The notes: generated from the sequence alone by a model not told the origin. A stretch of 34,457 bases of DNA from an uncultured Candidatus Saccharibacteria bacterium (GCA_964488305.1 CAZAUC010000001.1:3305-37761), one strand, 5' to 3'; shown: positions 16,506 through 23,805, numbered from the stretch's first letter. Numbers and translations: made by a program.

Positions 16506-16627
16506 TGTGGATTCGGATGGCCGCCGTGTTGACGTCGGCAACTTCGTTTCGTATGGTCTCTATGTCAGCCACTACTGGGATGACAACAGCAATGACAACA
16601 TCGGTGTCTCGTCCGCTCGGAACTTCT
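16506..16627 (+). repeat. DGR template repeat (TR)
   Basis: Non-coding copy of the VR. It reads GAC AAC AGC AAT GAC AAC where the VR reads GGC CTC AGC AGT GAC GAC. Confidence 0.9.
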
Positions 16628-16686
16628 TTCTCTGTCTGACCTTTTAATACCCTCCTTATTCGGGGAGTATTTCGTTTATCGTTCAG

Positions 16687-17052
16687 TTATTCTTTTGTTG
16701 ATTTAATCCATCCCCCAAGCATTTTTCCGATTTCCTGCAATTTTTCTTGTAGGATGAGATATTTTTTATTATCCAACGATTTAATTTCATTAGATAATCT
16801 AATTAGTATCTTTAATAAACTGATTTTGGCGTCTATTTTCCTAAGATGCGTTAATTTTTCTTGTTTCGGCAAATAAAAAGTTTTTATTGAAAGTTCTAAG
16901 GTGTCTAAAATTAAATTTTCAATCTTTTGACCCAAAGAATACTTCTCTATTTTCGGGAAAAACCTAACGTAGTCGTGAAATAATTTATAGAATTCACAAA
17001 TCTTATGCACCAACGGCGCATCAAATTTAGAAAATCCTGCGGGGGGGGGCAT
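16687..17052 (-). CDS. avd: Avd-like four-helix-bundle accessory protein (23S rRNA IVS protein family)
   Basis: 121 aa. FPKIEKYSLGQKIENLILDTLE...IGKMLGGWIK matches the four-helix-bundle / DGR accessory variability determinant pattern. The start is ATG followed by C9. Confidence 0.8.
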   Translation of the reverse strand: MPPPAGFSKFDAPLVHKICEFYKLFHDYVRFFPKIEKYSLGQKIENLILDTLELSIKTFYLPKQEKLTHLRKIDAKISLLKILIRLSNEIKSLDNKKYLILQEKLQEIGKMLGGWIKSTKE

Positions 17053-17113
17053 TCATAGAAATAAATTTAAAATTCAAAAATCAAAATGTAAAATTTATGA
17101 CCGAATAATTTCA

Positions 17114-17584
17114 TTGGAAAATTTATTTTTAGCTTGGCAAGAATTCCGGCAAGGTAAAAGAAATAAACAGGATGTTCAAGAATTTGAATTCAATTTGGAA
17201 GACAACCTTTTTAACCTTCACCGAGAATTAAAAGCCAAAATATACCGACATTCTAATTATACCGCATTTTCAATATGTGATCCAAAGCCGCGGCGTATTC
17301 ATAAAGCCTGCGTTCGCGACCGAATATTACACCACGCCGTTTTCCGAATTCTATACCAGATTTTTGACAAAAATTTTATTTTTGATTCATATTCGTGCCG
17401 CTTAGCTAAAGGGACGCACCGCGCAGTAAATAGATTAGGAAAATTTTGCCGCCAAATAAGCAAAAACAATCGCCAAAACATTTTTGCCTTGAAATGCGAC
17501 ATTAAAAAGTTTTTTGATTCAGTTAGCCAAAATATTTTATTAGAACTTATTAAGAGCAAAATCCGAGACGAGAACACTTTATGA
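17114..17584 (+). CDS. DGR reverse transcriptase, N-terminal fragment (ends at the in-frame TGA 17582-17584)
   Basis: ENLFLAWQEFRQGKRNK...DPKPRRIHKACVRDRILHHAV...KCDIKKFFDSV correspond to RT motifs 1-3. The TTG start is uncertain, because the frame stays open and conserved-looking (KIYDRIISL) upstream back to 16991. Confidence 0.85.
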   Translation: MENLFLAWQEFRQGKRNKQDVQEFEFNLEDNLFNLHRELKAKIYRHSNYTAFSICDPKPRRIHKACVRDRILHHAVFRILYQIFDKNFIFDSYSCRLAKGTHRAVNRLGKFCRQISKNNRQNIFALKCDIKKFFDSVSQNILLELIKSKIRDENTL

Positions 17585-17632
17585 TTAATTACGAAAATTG
17601 TTAAAAGTTTTGAAAAAACTAGAAATCAAGGT

Positions 17633-18151
17633 TTGCCTTTGGGCAATGTCACCAGCCAATTATTTGCCAATATCTATTTAAATGAATTAGATCAATTTAT
17701 TAAACATAAATTAAAAATTAAATATTATCTTCGCTATTGCGACGATTTCGTGATTTTAAGCGAAAATAAAAAATATTTAATTGACCTAATTCCTTTGATT
17801 AGTAATTTTCTAAAAGATAAATTGAAATTGATGCTTCATCTTGATAAAATAATTATCAGGAAATACCATCAGGGCATTGATTTTCTTGGCTACGTTATAT
17901 TGCCGCATTACCGCGTTCTGCGGACAAAAACAAAAAGGAAGATATTAAGGAAAATTATCGGAAAAAACAGGGATTTTCAAGACAACCTGATATTCGAAGA
18001 ATCTTTTAACCAAACTTTACAATCTTATTTTGGCGTTTTAAAACATTGTCAGGGATATAAGATTAGACAGAGAATCCTATATTGTTTAAAACAACAAAGT
18101 AGTGGACATTCTCAACAAGATAACCTAAAATTAAACATTGATAATAATTAA
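17633..18151 (+). CDS. DGR reverse transcriptase, C-terminal fragment (same frame as 17114-17584)
   Basis: Contains LPLGNVTSQLFANIYL (the DGR-typical SQ motif 4), RYCDDFVIL (YxDD catalytic motif) and GIDFLGY. The frame is open back to 17585, immediately after the TGA. Confidence 0.85.
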   Translation: MPLGNVTSQLFANIYLNELDQFIKHKLKIKYYLRYCDDFVILSENKKYLIDLIPLISNFLKDKLKLMLHLDKIIIRKYHQGIDFLGYVILPHYRVLRTKTKRKILRKIIGKNRDFQDNLIFEESFNQTLQSYFGVLKHCQGYKIRQRILYCLKQQSSGHSQQDNLKLNIDNN

Positions 18152-18196
18152 GTTAATTCGTATATTTATATAAAATTCGTAATTCGTAGACAAATT

Positions 18197-18946
18197 ATGA
18201 AGCCCTATCTTTCAATCATTATCCCCGCTTATAACGAATACAAAAGATTACCAATGACTTTGACGGATGTTAATAAGCATTTGGCGGATTTTGATTTTCC
18301 CTGCGAAGTTCTTGTAGTGGACGACGGTTCAAAAGATGCCACCGAAGACGTGGTCAGGCGTTTTTCTCATCTGATGCAGAACTTGCGCTTGATTGACAAC
18401 AAGCAAAATCACGGCAAGGGCTGGGTAGTGCGCCAGGGAATGCTTGAAGCCAAAGGTGAAATCCGGCTTTTTATGGACGCTGATAATTCCACCTCCATTG
18501 ACCAATTCAAAAATATGATTCCTTATTTCAAGCAAGGATATGACGTAGTGATTGGTTCACGAGACGTCAAAGGCGCCAAACTGGTGCCGCCCCAGCCGTG
18601 GTACAAGCGATTAGCCGGTAATATTGGAAATCTAATAATTCAAATTCTACTTTTGCCGGGAATGTGGGATACCCAGTGCGGCTTCAAGGCGTTTACCGAA
18701 GAGGCAGCCAAGAAAATTTTCCCCTTGATGAAAATAGACCGCTGGGCCTTTGACGTTGAGTCCCTGGTTCTGGCGAAAAAACTCGGTTATAAAATAAAAG
18801 AAATGCCGGTTACTTGGGTTAACAGCCCGGAATCAAAAGTAAAATTATCCGGCTACGTTAATTTTTTCTCGGAAGTTTTGAAAATAAAAAGGTGGATGAT
18901 GACAGATAAGTATAATTTAAAATTAAAAAATCAAAATACAAAATGA
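18197..18946 (+). CDS. family 2 glycosyltransferase (dolichyl/polyprenyl-phosphate beta-glucosyltransferase-like)
   Basis: LSIIIPAYNE...VLVVDDGSKDAT...NHGKG...FMDADNS motifs. Confidence 0.85.
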   Translation: MKPYLSIIIPAYNEYKRLPMTLTDVNKHLADFDFPCEVLVVDDGSKDATEDVVRRFSHLMQNLRLIDNKQNHGKGWVVRQGMLEAKGEIRLFMDADNSTSIDQFKNMIPYFKQGYDVVIGSRDVKGAKLVPPQPWYKRLAGNIGNLIIQILLLPGMWDTQCGFKAFTEEAAKKIFPLMKIDRWAFDVESLVLAKKLGYKIKEMPVTWVNSPESKVKLSGYVNFFSEVLKIKRWMMTDKYNLKLKNQNTK

Positions 18947-18981
18947 CCCGCCTGACTTCGCCTGAGGCGAAATCAGGCGGG
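18947..18981 (+). repeat. GC-rich palindromic (REP-like) hairpin immediately after the GT2 stop codon
   Basis: cccgcctgacttcgcc tga ggcgaaatcaggcggg. No T-run follows. The arms resemble the palindrome inside adk (14023-14057). Confidence 0.6.
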
Positions 18982-19127
18982 CGGGTAACGCAAGGTCTAA
19001 TGCTGGGGACATCCGATATCCAAAATATTAACGTTAATTTTGGGACATTGGATGTTCAAAAGTTAATAATTTTAACACTTTAAATTGTCATTTTAATCTT
19101 TGATTTTTGCATTTTGTATTTATTATT

Positions 19128-19583
19128 ATGGTTCACCATCTTACCAAGGAAGGATTTGAAGAGCTGAAAAGAGAGCTTGAAACCCTTAAGAAAGAGGGCC
19201 GGGCGGAAATTGCCGAACAACTTAGGCGTGCCAAAGAATACGGCGACCTTTCCGAAAATTCCGAATACGCCGACGCCAAAGAAGCGCAAAGTAAGCTGGA
19301 AAGCCGCATTTTTGAATTGGAAGAAATTATCAGGAATGCCGTTTTAATCAGGAAAAGCCAGCAGAAAGACGTGGTTAACGTCGGCTCAACGATTGAGGTT
19401 CAGAGAGGGGCTAAAAATTTTAAATATACGATTGTCGGTTCACGCGAGGCCAAGCCGGAAGCGAATTTGATTTCCAATGAATCGCCTTTGGGCCAGGCGT
19501 TTCTGGGCAAGCGGGCGGGCGATACAGTGGAAATAGAAACTCCCAACGGCAAGGCAAAATATAAAATATTAAAAATAGAATAA
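19128..19583 (+). CDS. greA: transcription elongation factor GreA
   Basis: LTKEGFEELKRELETLK...AKEYGDLSENSEYADAKEAQ...NLISNESPLGQAFLGKRAGD. ATG at 19128 is preferred over TTG at 19107. Confidence 0.93.
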   Translation: MVHHLTKEGFEELKRELETLKKEGRAEIAEQLRRAKEYGDLSENSEYADAKEAQSKLESRIFELEEIIRNAVLIRKSQQKDVVNVGSTIEVQRGAKNFKYTIVGSREAKPEANLISNESPLGQAFLGKRAGDTVEIETPNGKAKYKILKIE

Positions 19584-19591
19584 AAATTTTT

Positions 19592-21178
19592 ATGTTTTGG
19601 GCGGATAGATTAATTAAAGAAATAAAAGAAAAATATAAAAAGAAAATAGATTTCAAAAAACCTCTTATTATTCGCGATGAAAAAACCGCCTCGGGCAGGG
19701 TTCACGTTGGTTCACTTCGCGGAGTCGTCATTCACGGAATTATTTCCGAAATCCTAAAAGAAAAGGGTATTACCAACTCTTTTCTTTTTGAGATAAATGA
19801 TTTTGACCTTTTAGACAATTTGCCGGCTTATCTGGATGAGAAAAAATTCACGCCTTATTTAGGTAGACTCCTTTATTTGACGCCTTCACCTGATGGAAAA
19901 GCGAAAAATTATGCTGAATATTTCGGTCAGGAATTCGTTAACGTCATAAAAGAAATCGGTTTCTCGCCGGAATTTTATCGCTCAAGTGAAATATACAAAT
20001 CCGGCAAATTTAATGATTTAATAAGAATTGCCATAGAGAGAACAGATGATATTAGAGAGATCTACCGCCGCGTTTCCGGCTCAGTTAAAGAAAAGGACTG
20101 GTACCCTTTTAACGTTGTTTGCGAGAAATGCCAAAAGATTGCTACCACCAGAGTAACCTCGTTTGACGGGGAAGAAGTTGAATACGTCTGCGAAAAGGAT
20201 GCCGTTGAGTGGACCAAGGGCTGCGGCTTTAAAGGAAAAATTTCTCCTTTTAACGGCAATGGTAAGTTACCATGGAAAGTTGAATGGGCGGCAAAATTCA
20301 AATTATTCGGAGTGGATATTGAAGGCGCGGGCAAAGACCATTCCACCAAAGGCGGCGCCAGAGAAGTGGCTGACGCCATCAGCCGCGAAATTTTTGGTTA
20401 CGAACCGCCTTTTAATATACCATACGAATTTTTTCATGTGGCTGGCAGAAAAATGTCTTCGTCAAAAGGCGCTGGTTCTTCAGCCAGAGAAATTGCGGAT
20501 TTACTGCCGCCGGAACTTTTCCGATTCCTAATTTTACATAAAGAGCCGAAAAAGGTTATAGATTTCGTGCCCGATGGCGATACTGTTCCAGTCATTTACG
20601 ATTTATACGATAAAATGGCTGATTTTTATTTCAAAAAAGCAGAAGGCGATTATGGCCGGCTTTTTTACCTTTCTCATTTACCGGAGGAACGCGATAAGAT
20701 AAAGGAAAGATTTTTGCCGCGTTTTTCGCAAATCGCTTTTCTCGCGCAGATGCCGCATTTGAATACGGAAGAAGAAGTGGAAAAAATGAAAGGTTCAGGG
20801 TTAACGGCCGACGATAAAAAAGAAATTTCTCTGCGCTCCCGTTATGCCTTAAATTGGATTAATGCTTATGCGCCGGAAGATTACAAATACGAATTGCAGG
20901 AAAAAGAAATTCCGGTAGCCGCGAAAAAATTTAATCCAAAACAGAAAGAAGCGTTAAAAGAAATTTTGGCTTACGTGAAATCACAAAAATCTCTTGACGG
21001 CCAGGCGCTTCACACAAAAATTCATGAAATCAAAAAACAGCTTGAAATTGAGCCGCGCGAACTTTTTAGCGCGATTTATTTGAGTTTCTTGGGTAAAGAA
21101 AGTGGTCCGAAAGCCGGTTGGTTTTTGAGCATTTTGGATAAAAAATTCTTGGAAAAAAGATTGAGTGAAGTCATTTAA
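19592..21178 (+). CDS. lysK: class I lysyl-tRNA synthetase
   Basis: 528 aa with the HVGSLRG (HIGH-like) and KMSSSKG (KMSKS) motifs. The overall architecture matches archaeal-type LysRS. Confidence 0.88.
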   Translation: MFWADRLIKEIKEKYKKKIDFKKPLIIRDEKTASGRVHVGSLRGVVIHGIISEILKEKGITNSFLFEINDFDLLDNLPAYLDEKKFTPYLGRLLYLTPSPDGKAKNYAEYFGQEFVNVIKEIGFSPEFYRSSEIYKSGKFNDLIRIAIERTDDIREIYRRVSGSVKEKDWYPFNVVCEKCQKIATTRVTSFDGEEVEYVCEKDAVEWTKGCGFKGKISPFNGNGKLPWKVEWAAKFKLFGVDIEGAGKDHSTKGGAREVADAISREIFGYEPPFNIPYEFFHVAGRKMSSSKGAGSSAREIADLLPPELFRFLILHKEPKKVIDFVPDGDTVPVIYDLYDKMADFYFKKAEGDYGRLFYLSHLPEERDKIKERFLPRFSQIAFLAQMPHLNTEEEVEKMKGSGLTADDKKEISLRSRYALNWINAYAPEDYKYELQEKEIPVAAKKFNPKQKEALKEILAYVKSQKSLDGQALHTKIHEIKKQLEIEPRELFSAIYLSFLGKESGPKAGWFLSILDKKFLEKRLSEVI

Positions 21179-21239
21179 GCTGAAATGCGGATGTGTTATT
21201 ATTAAATAAACTAGTGGCTAGTCGTTAGCGGCTAAACTT

Positions 21240-22475
21240 ATGCTTGATATTAATTTAATTCGTCAAAATCGCGATAAGGTTAAAAAAGGCATTGCTTCAA
21301 AAAACGCCGATTTTAAATTAGTGGATAAATTTTTGGGTTTGGACGAAGAATGGCGAAAATTAACAAAGGAAATTGACGATTTGAGAGCTGAGCAGAAAAA
21401 ATTAAGTAACCAAAGAGAGATTCAAGAAGCATCACAAATAAAAAATAAGATTCAGCTTATAGAGAAAGATTTGAGAAATATTGAGAAAAAAAGAGAAGAA
21501 ATTTTATACCAAATGCCGAATTTGCCGTTGGATAACGTTCCTGCGGGCAAAGACGAAAAAGACAACGTTGTTGTTCACGAGGCGGGCAATAAACCGAAAT
21601 TTGATTTTGAACCAAAGGATTATCTGGAACTTGCCGAAAAACTGGATTTGATCGACGTTGAGAGAGCAGCTAAGGTCAGCGGCAGCCGTTTCGGCTATTT
21701 GAAAAACCAGGCGGCTCTTTTGGAATTCGGTCTCGTAAAATTGGCAATGGACACCGCAATTAAAGAGGGATTTGTACCGGTAGTCCCGCCAGTGATGATT
21801 AGGGAAGAAATGATGAAAGCGATGGGTTACGTTGATTCGCAGAAGGATAGAGAAGAAAGTTATTTTTCGGAAAAAGACAAACAATACCTCGTCGGCACTT
21901 CCGAGCAGTCAATCGGGCCGATGCATTCCGATGAAATTTTTAATGAAAAAGATTTGCCCAAAAGATACATTGCCTTTTCTTCTTGTTTTCGTCGTGAAGC
22001 CGGTTCCTATGGTAAGGACACCAAAGGTATTTTAAGAGTTCATCAGTTTGATAAAGTGGAGATGTTTAGCTTTGTTAAACCCGGAGATTCAGAGAAAGAA
22101 CATCAATTATTTTTGGAAATTGAAGAGAAATTAATGAAAGACTTGGATTTGCCTTACCAGGTAGTCCAGCTTTGCACTGGCGACCTATCCGTCCCTTCGG
22201 CTAACACTTTTGACATCGAAACTTGGATTCCCAGCGAAAACAAATATCGTGAAACTCACTCCACCTCCAACTGTACTGATTTTCAGGCTAGGAGGTTAAA
22301 TATTCGCTATCGGGATAAATCCGGGCAATTAAATTTCGTTCATACTCTTAACGGAACCGCTTTTGCCATTGGTAGAATGCTTATTGCCATCTTAGAAAAC
22401 TATCAGCAAAAAGACGGCTCAATTTTGGTACCCAAGGTTCTCCGAAAATACTTAAACTTCAAAAAAATCGGATAA
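21240..22475 (+). CDS. serS: seryl-tRNA synthetase
   Basis: N-terminal coiled coil (MLDINLIRQN...) and class II motifs (FRREAGSYGKDTKGILRVHQF, GTAFAIGRMLIAILENYQ). Confidence 0.95.
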   Translation: MLDINLIRQNRDKVKKGIASKNADFKLVDKFLGLDEEWRKLTKEIDDLRAEQKKLSNQREIQEASQIKNKIQLIEKDLRNIEKKREEILYQMPNLPLDNVPAGKDEKDNVVVHEAGNKPKFDFEPKDYLELAEKLDLIDVERAAKVSGSRFGYLKNQAALLEFGLVKLAMDTAIKEGFVPVVPPVMIREEMMKAMGYVDSQKDREESYFSEKDKQYLVGTSEQSIGPMHSDEIFNEKDLPKRYIAFSSCFRREAGSYGKDTKGILRVHQFDKVEMFSFVKPGDSEKEHQLFLEIEEKLMKDLDLPYQVVQLCTGDLSVPSANTFDIETWIPSENKYRETHSTSNCTDFQARRLNIRYRDKSGQLNFVHTLNGTAFAIGRMLIAILENYQQKDGSILVPKVLRKYLNFKKIG

Positions 22476-22479
22476 TTAT

Positions 22480-22514
22480 AAAAGGGCTGACTTGATGTAA
22501 GTCAGCCCTTTTTA
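22480..22514. terminator. bidirectional intrinsic terminator between convergent genes
   Basis: gggctgac (22484-22491) pairs with gtcagccc (22501-22508). An A-run lies upstream and a T-run downstream. Confidence 0.75.
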
Positions 22515-22520
22515 TTGTGA

Positions 22521-23201
22521 TTAAAAATACTTTGTGATTTTAAGGCCTAATCCGTCGGTATTGAGCCCTTTGTCGTAGTCGGGAAATGATGAGGCGTGCT
22601 TGAAACGGATATCGGTTTCAAAATAGAAACCATTACCCAATGAAAAATTGGCTCCTAAACCATAAGTGAGTAATCCTATGGGACTGTGCCCGATTAATTT
22701 TTCATCCGGAGTTCCACTGTAATAGCCGATACCAGCTCCGCCTTCTGCAAAAATGTTTATTTCTTCAAACTCGACCACAAAAAAATTCACCTTTTTAAAC
22801 CTCAGAAAATCATAACTTGTCATTACTTGAATTTCAGAAGCGAAAACATCACCTCCGTGGTTAAAAGCGATATAACCTAGCCCTCCTTCAAACCAAACCC
22901 GCCATCGGTCACTAAATCTGTTCATTCGCCAGCCATATATTACTTGGACTGATCCGTATTCCCACCTGTACCCGTCTTTATTACCCCAGAAACAATTAGC
23001 GGACCACTCTTCTGTTCGTGCTCCGCCATATACTCCAAGACCAAAAAATCGTCGGTTCTTTACAACGTTTGTATCTGTGTTTTTTTGTTGCTCTTCGGCG
23101 TTAACCTGTTCCCCGGCTAAAACCAAGAAAGAAGAAAAATTTATTAGACTGATTACCACGAACACCAACAGCGCCAAGTCAAAAGGTTTTTTTCTGATCA
23201 T
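22521..23201 (-). CDS. secreted 8-stranded beta-barrel-like protein (PagL/acyloxyacyl-hydrolase or OmpX-like; tentative)
   Basis: N-terminal signal/anchor, about eight amphipathic beta-strand segments, KHASS (an H-x-S motif) near the C-terminus, and the C-terminal sequence ...LKITKYF ending in Phe. Confidence 0.4.
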   Translation of the reverse strand: MIRKKPFDLALLVFVVISLINFSSFLVLAGEQVNAEEQQKNTDTNVVKNRRFFGLGVYGGARTEEWSANCFWGNKDGYRWEYGSVQVIYGWRMNRFSDRWRVWFEGGLGYIAFNHGGDVFASEIQVMTSYDFLRFKKVNFFVVEFEEINIFAEGGAGIGYYSGTPDEKLIGHSPIGLLTYGLGANFSLGNGFYFETDIRFKHASSFPDYDKGLNTDGLGLKITKYF

Positions 23202-23390
23202 AGCCTCAATTCCTCCTTTTTTAATGTTTTTTTAAATAACCAATTATTGCTAATCTATAACATTCTAAAAAATTTGTCAATAAATAACTAAAGTGATAAA
23301 TTTATTCTCAATAATTGACAGAATAACATATGTATGATATTTTGTTTTTGGTTTCATTGTAAAAATAAATAAGGAGGGGAGAAGGGTATT

Positions 23391-23651
23391 ATGAATATTA
23401 TATTAGAGGTTAGGACACTTACCGGAAGACTTAGAGTCAATAAGTCCAACGAAGTTTGCGCCCCGTTTGGATTCTTGCACGGTGATAAAGTTATCACTCC
23501 GTTTGGGCAAAAGGCGACTATTATGGGCGTTGCTCCGGCTCCGCAAGGAAGCAGGTTTGCGGGACAAAATGTCCTTTGGTACCAAAAAGAAGATGGATTT
23601 ACTTATTATTTTGGAGCTGGCAACCTAAAGGAGCTGGGTTTTGGGGCTTAA
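23391..23651 (+). CDS. hypothetical small protein
   Basis: 86 aa. A strong RBS (aaggagggga) lies upstream of the ATG. No recognisable family. Confidence 0.55.
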   Translation: MNIILEVRTLTGRLRVNKSNEVCAPFGFLHGDKVITPFGQKATIMGVAPAPQGSRFAGQNVLWYQKEDGFTYYFGAGNLKELGFGA

Positions 23652-23679
23652 TAAGCCTTACTAAGAAAGGAGGGAAACT

Positions 23680-23751
23680 ATGGCCTGCCAGGTGAGACAA
23701 CTTGAAATCGCTTTTAATCTGTTTTCGGTTCGGATTACGGCACAGGCCTAG
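23680..23751 (+). CDS. possible 23-aa micro-ORF (MACQVRQLEIAFNLFSVRITAQA)
   Basis: aaaggaggg lies 5 nt upstream of the ATG. A terminator follows at 23775-23805. It could instead be an RNA structure, because ggcctg and caggcc flank it. Confidence 0.2.
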   Translation: MACQVRQLEIAFNLFSVRITAQA

Positions 23752-23774
23752 CTTTAAATAAAATTTTAAAATCT

Positions 23775-23805
23775 AAAGAGCTAACTAGCGTTAGCTCTTT
23801 TTATT
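23775..23805 (+). terminator. intrinsic terminator
   Basis: aaagagctaac / gttagctcttt stem with loop tagc, followed by a T-run. Confidence 0.7.

Larger units (their letters stand above)
15384..18151 (+). mobile_element. diversity-generating retroelement (target/VR, TR, avd-like, RT)
   Basis: A 122-nt VR/TR repeat pair whose mismatches are adenine-specific, next to an Avd-like four-helix-bundle gene and an RT with DGR-type motifs. Confidence 0.9.

Noticed and set aside
16017-16572. Minus-strand ORFs 16017-16247 and 16381-16572, which share the peptide ADIETIRNEVADVNTAAIRIH.
   Set aside because: The shared peptide is simply the antisense translation of the VR/TR repeat. There is no RBS, and the ORFs overlap the target gene's 3' end and the TR. 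They are treated as artefacts of the DGR repeats.
17582-17584. The in-frame TGA in the RT could indicate an alternative genetic code (UGA read as Trp or Gly, code 4 or 25).
   Set aside because: TGA terminates several ORFs at sensible lengths in this window: 167-649, the DGR target gene, TspO, GT2 and DUF763. None of the conserved r-protein or aaRS genes contains an internal TGA. The standard code 11 fits.
17114-18151. The RT could be a group II intron maturase or a retron RT.
   Set aside because: There is no maturase X or endonuclease domain, and I saw no intron domain V/VI-like RNA. The SQ motif, the adjacent Avd-like gene and the adenine-specific VR/TR pair all point to a DGR. I recognised no msr/msd-like inverted repeats next to the RT.
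20062-22035. Internal and antisense ORFs within lysK and serS (20062-20379, 20163-20531, 21504-21884, 21832-22035).
   Set aside because: They overlap well-supported aaRS reading frames and have no recognisable domains.
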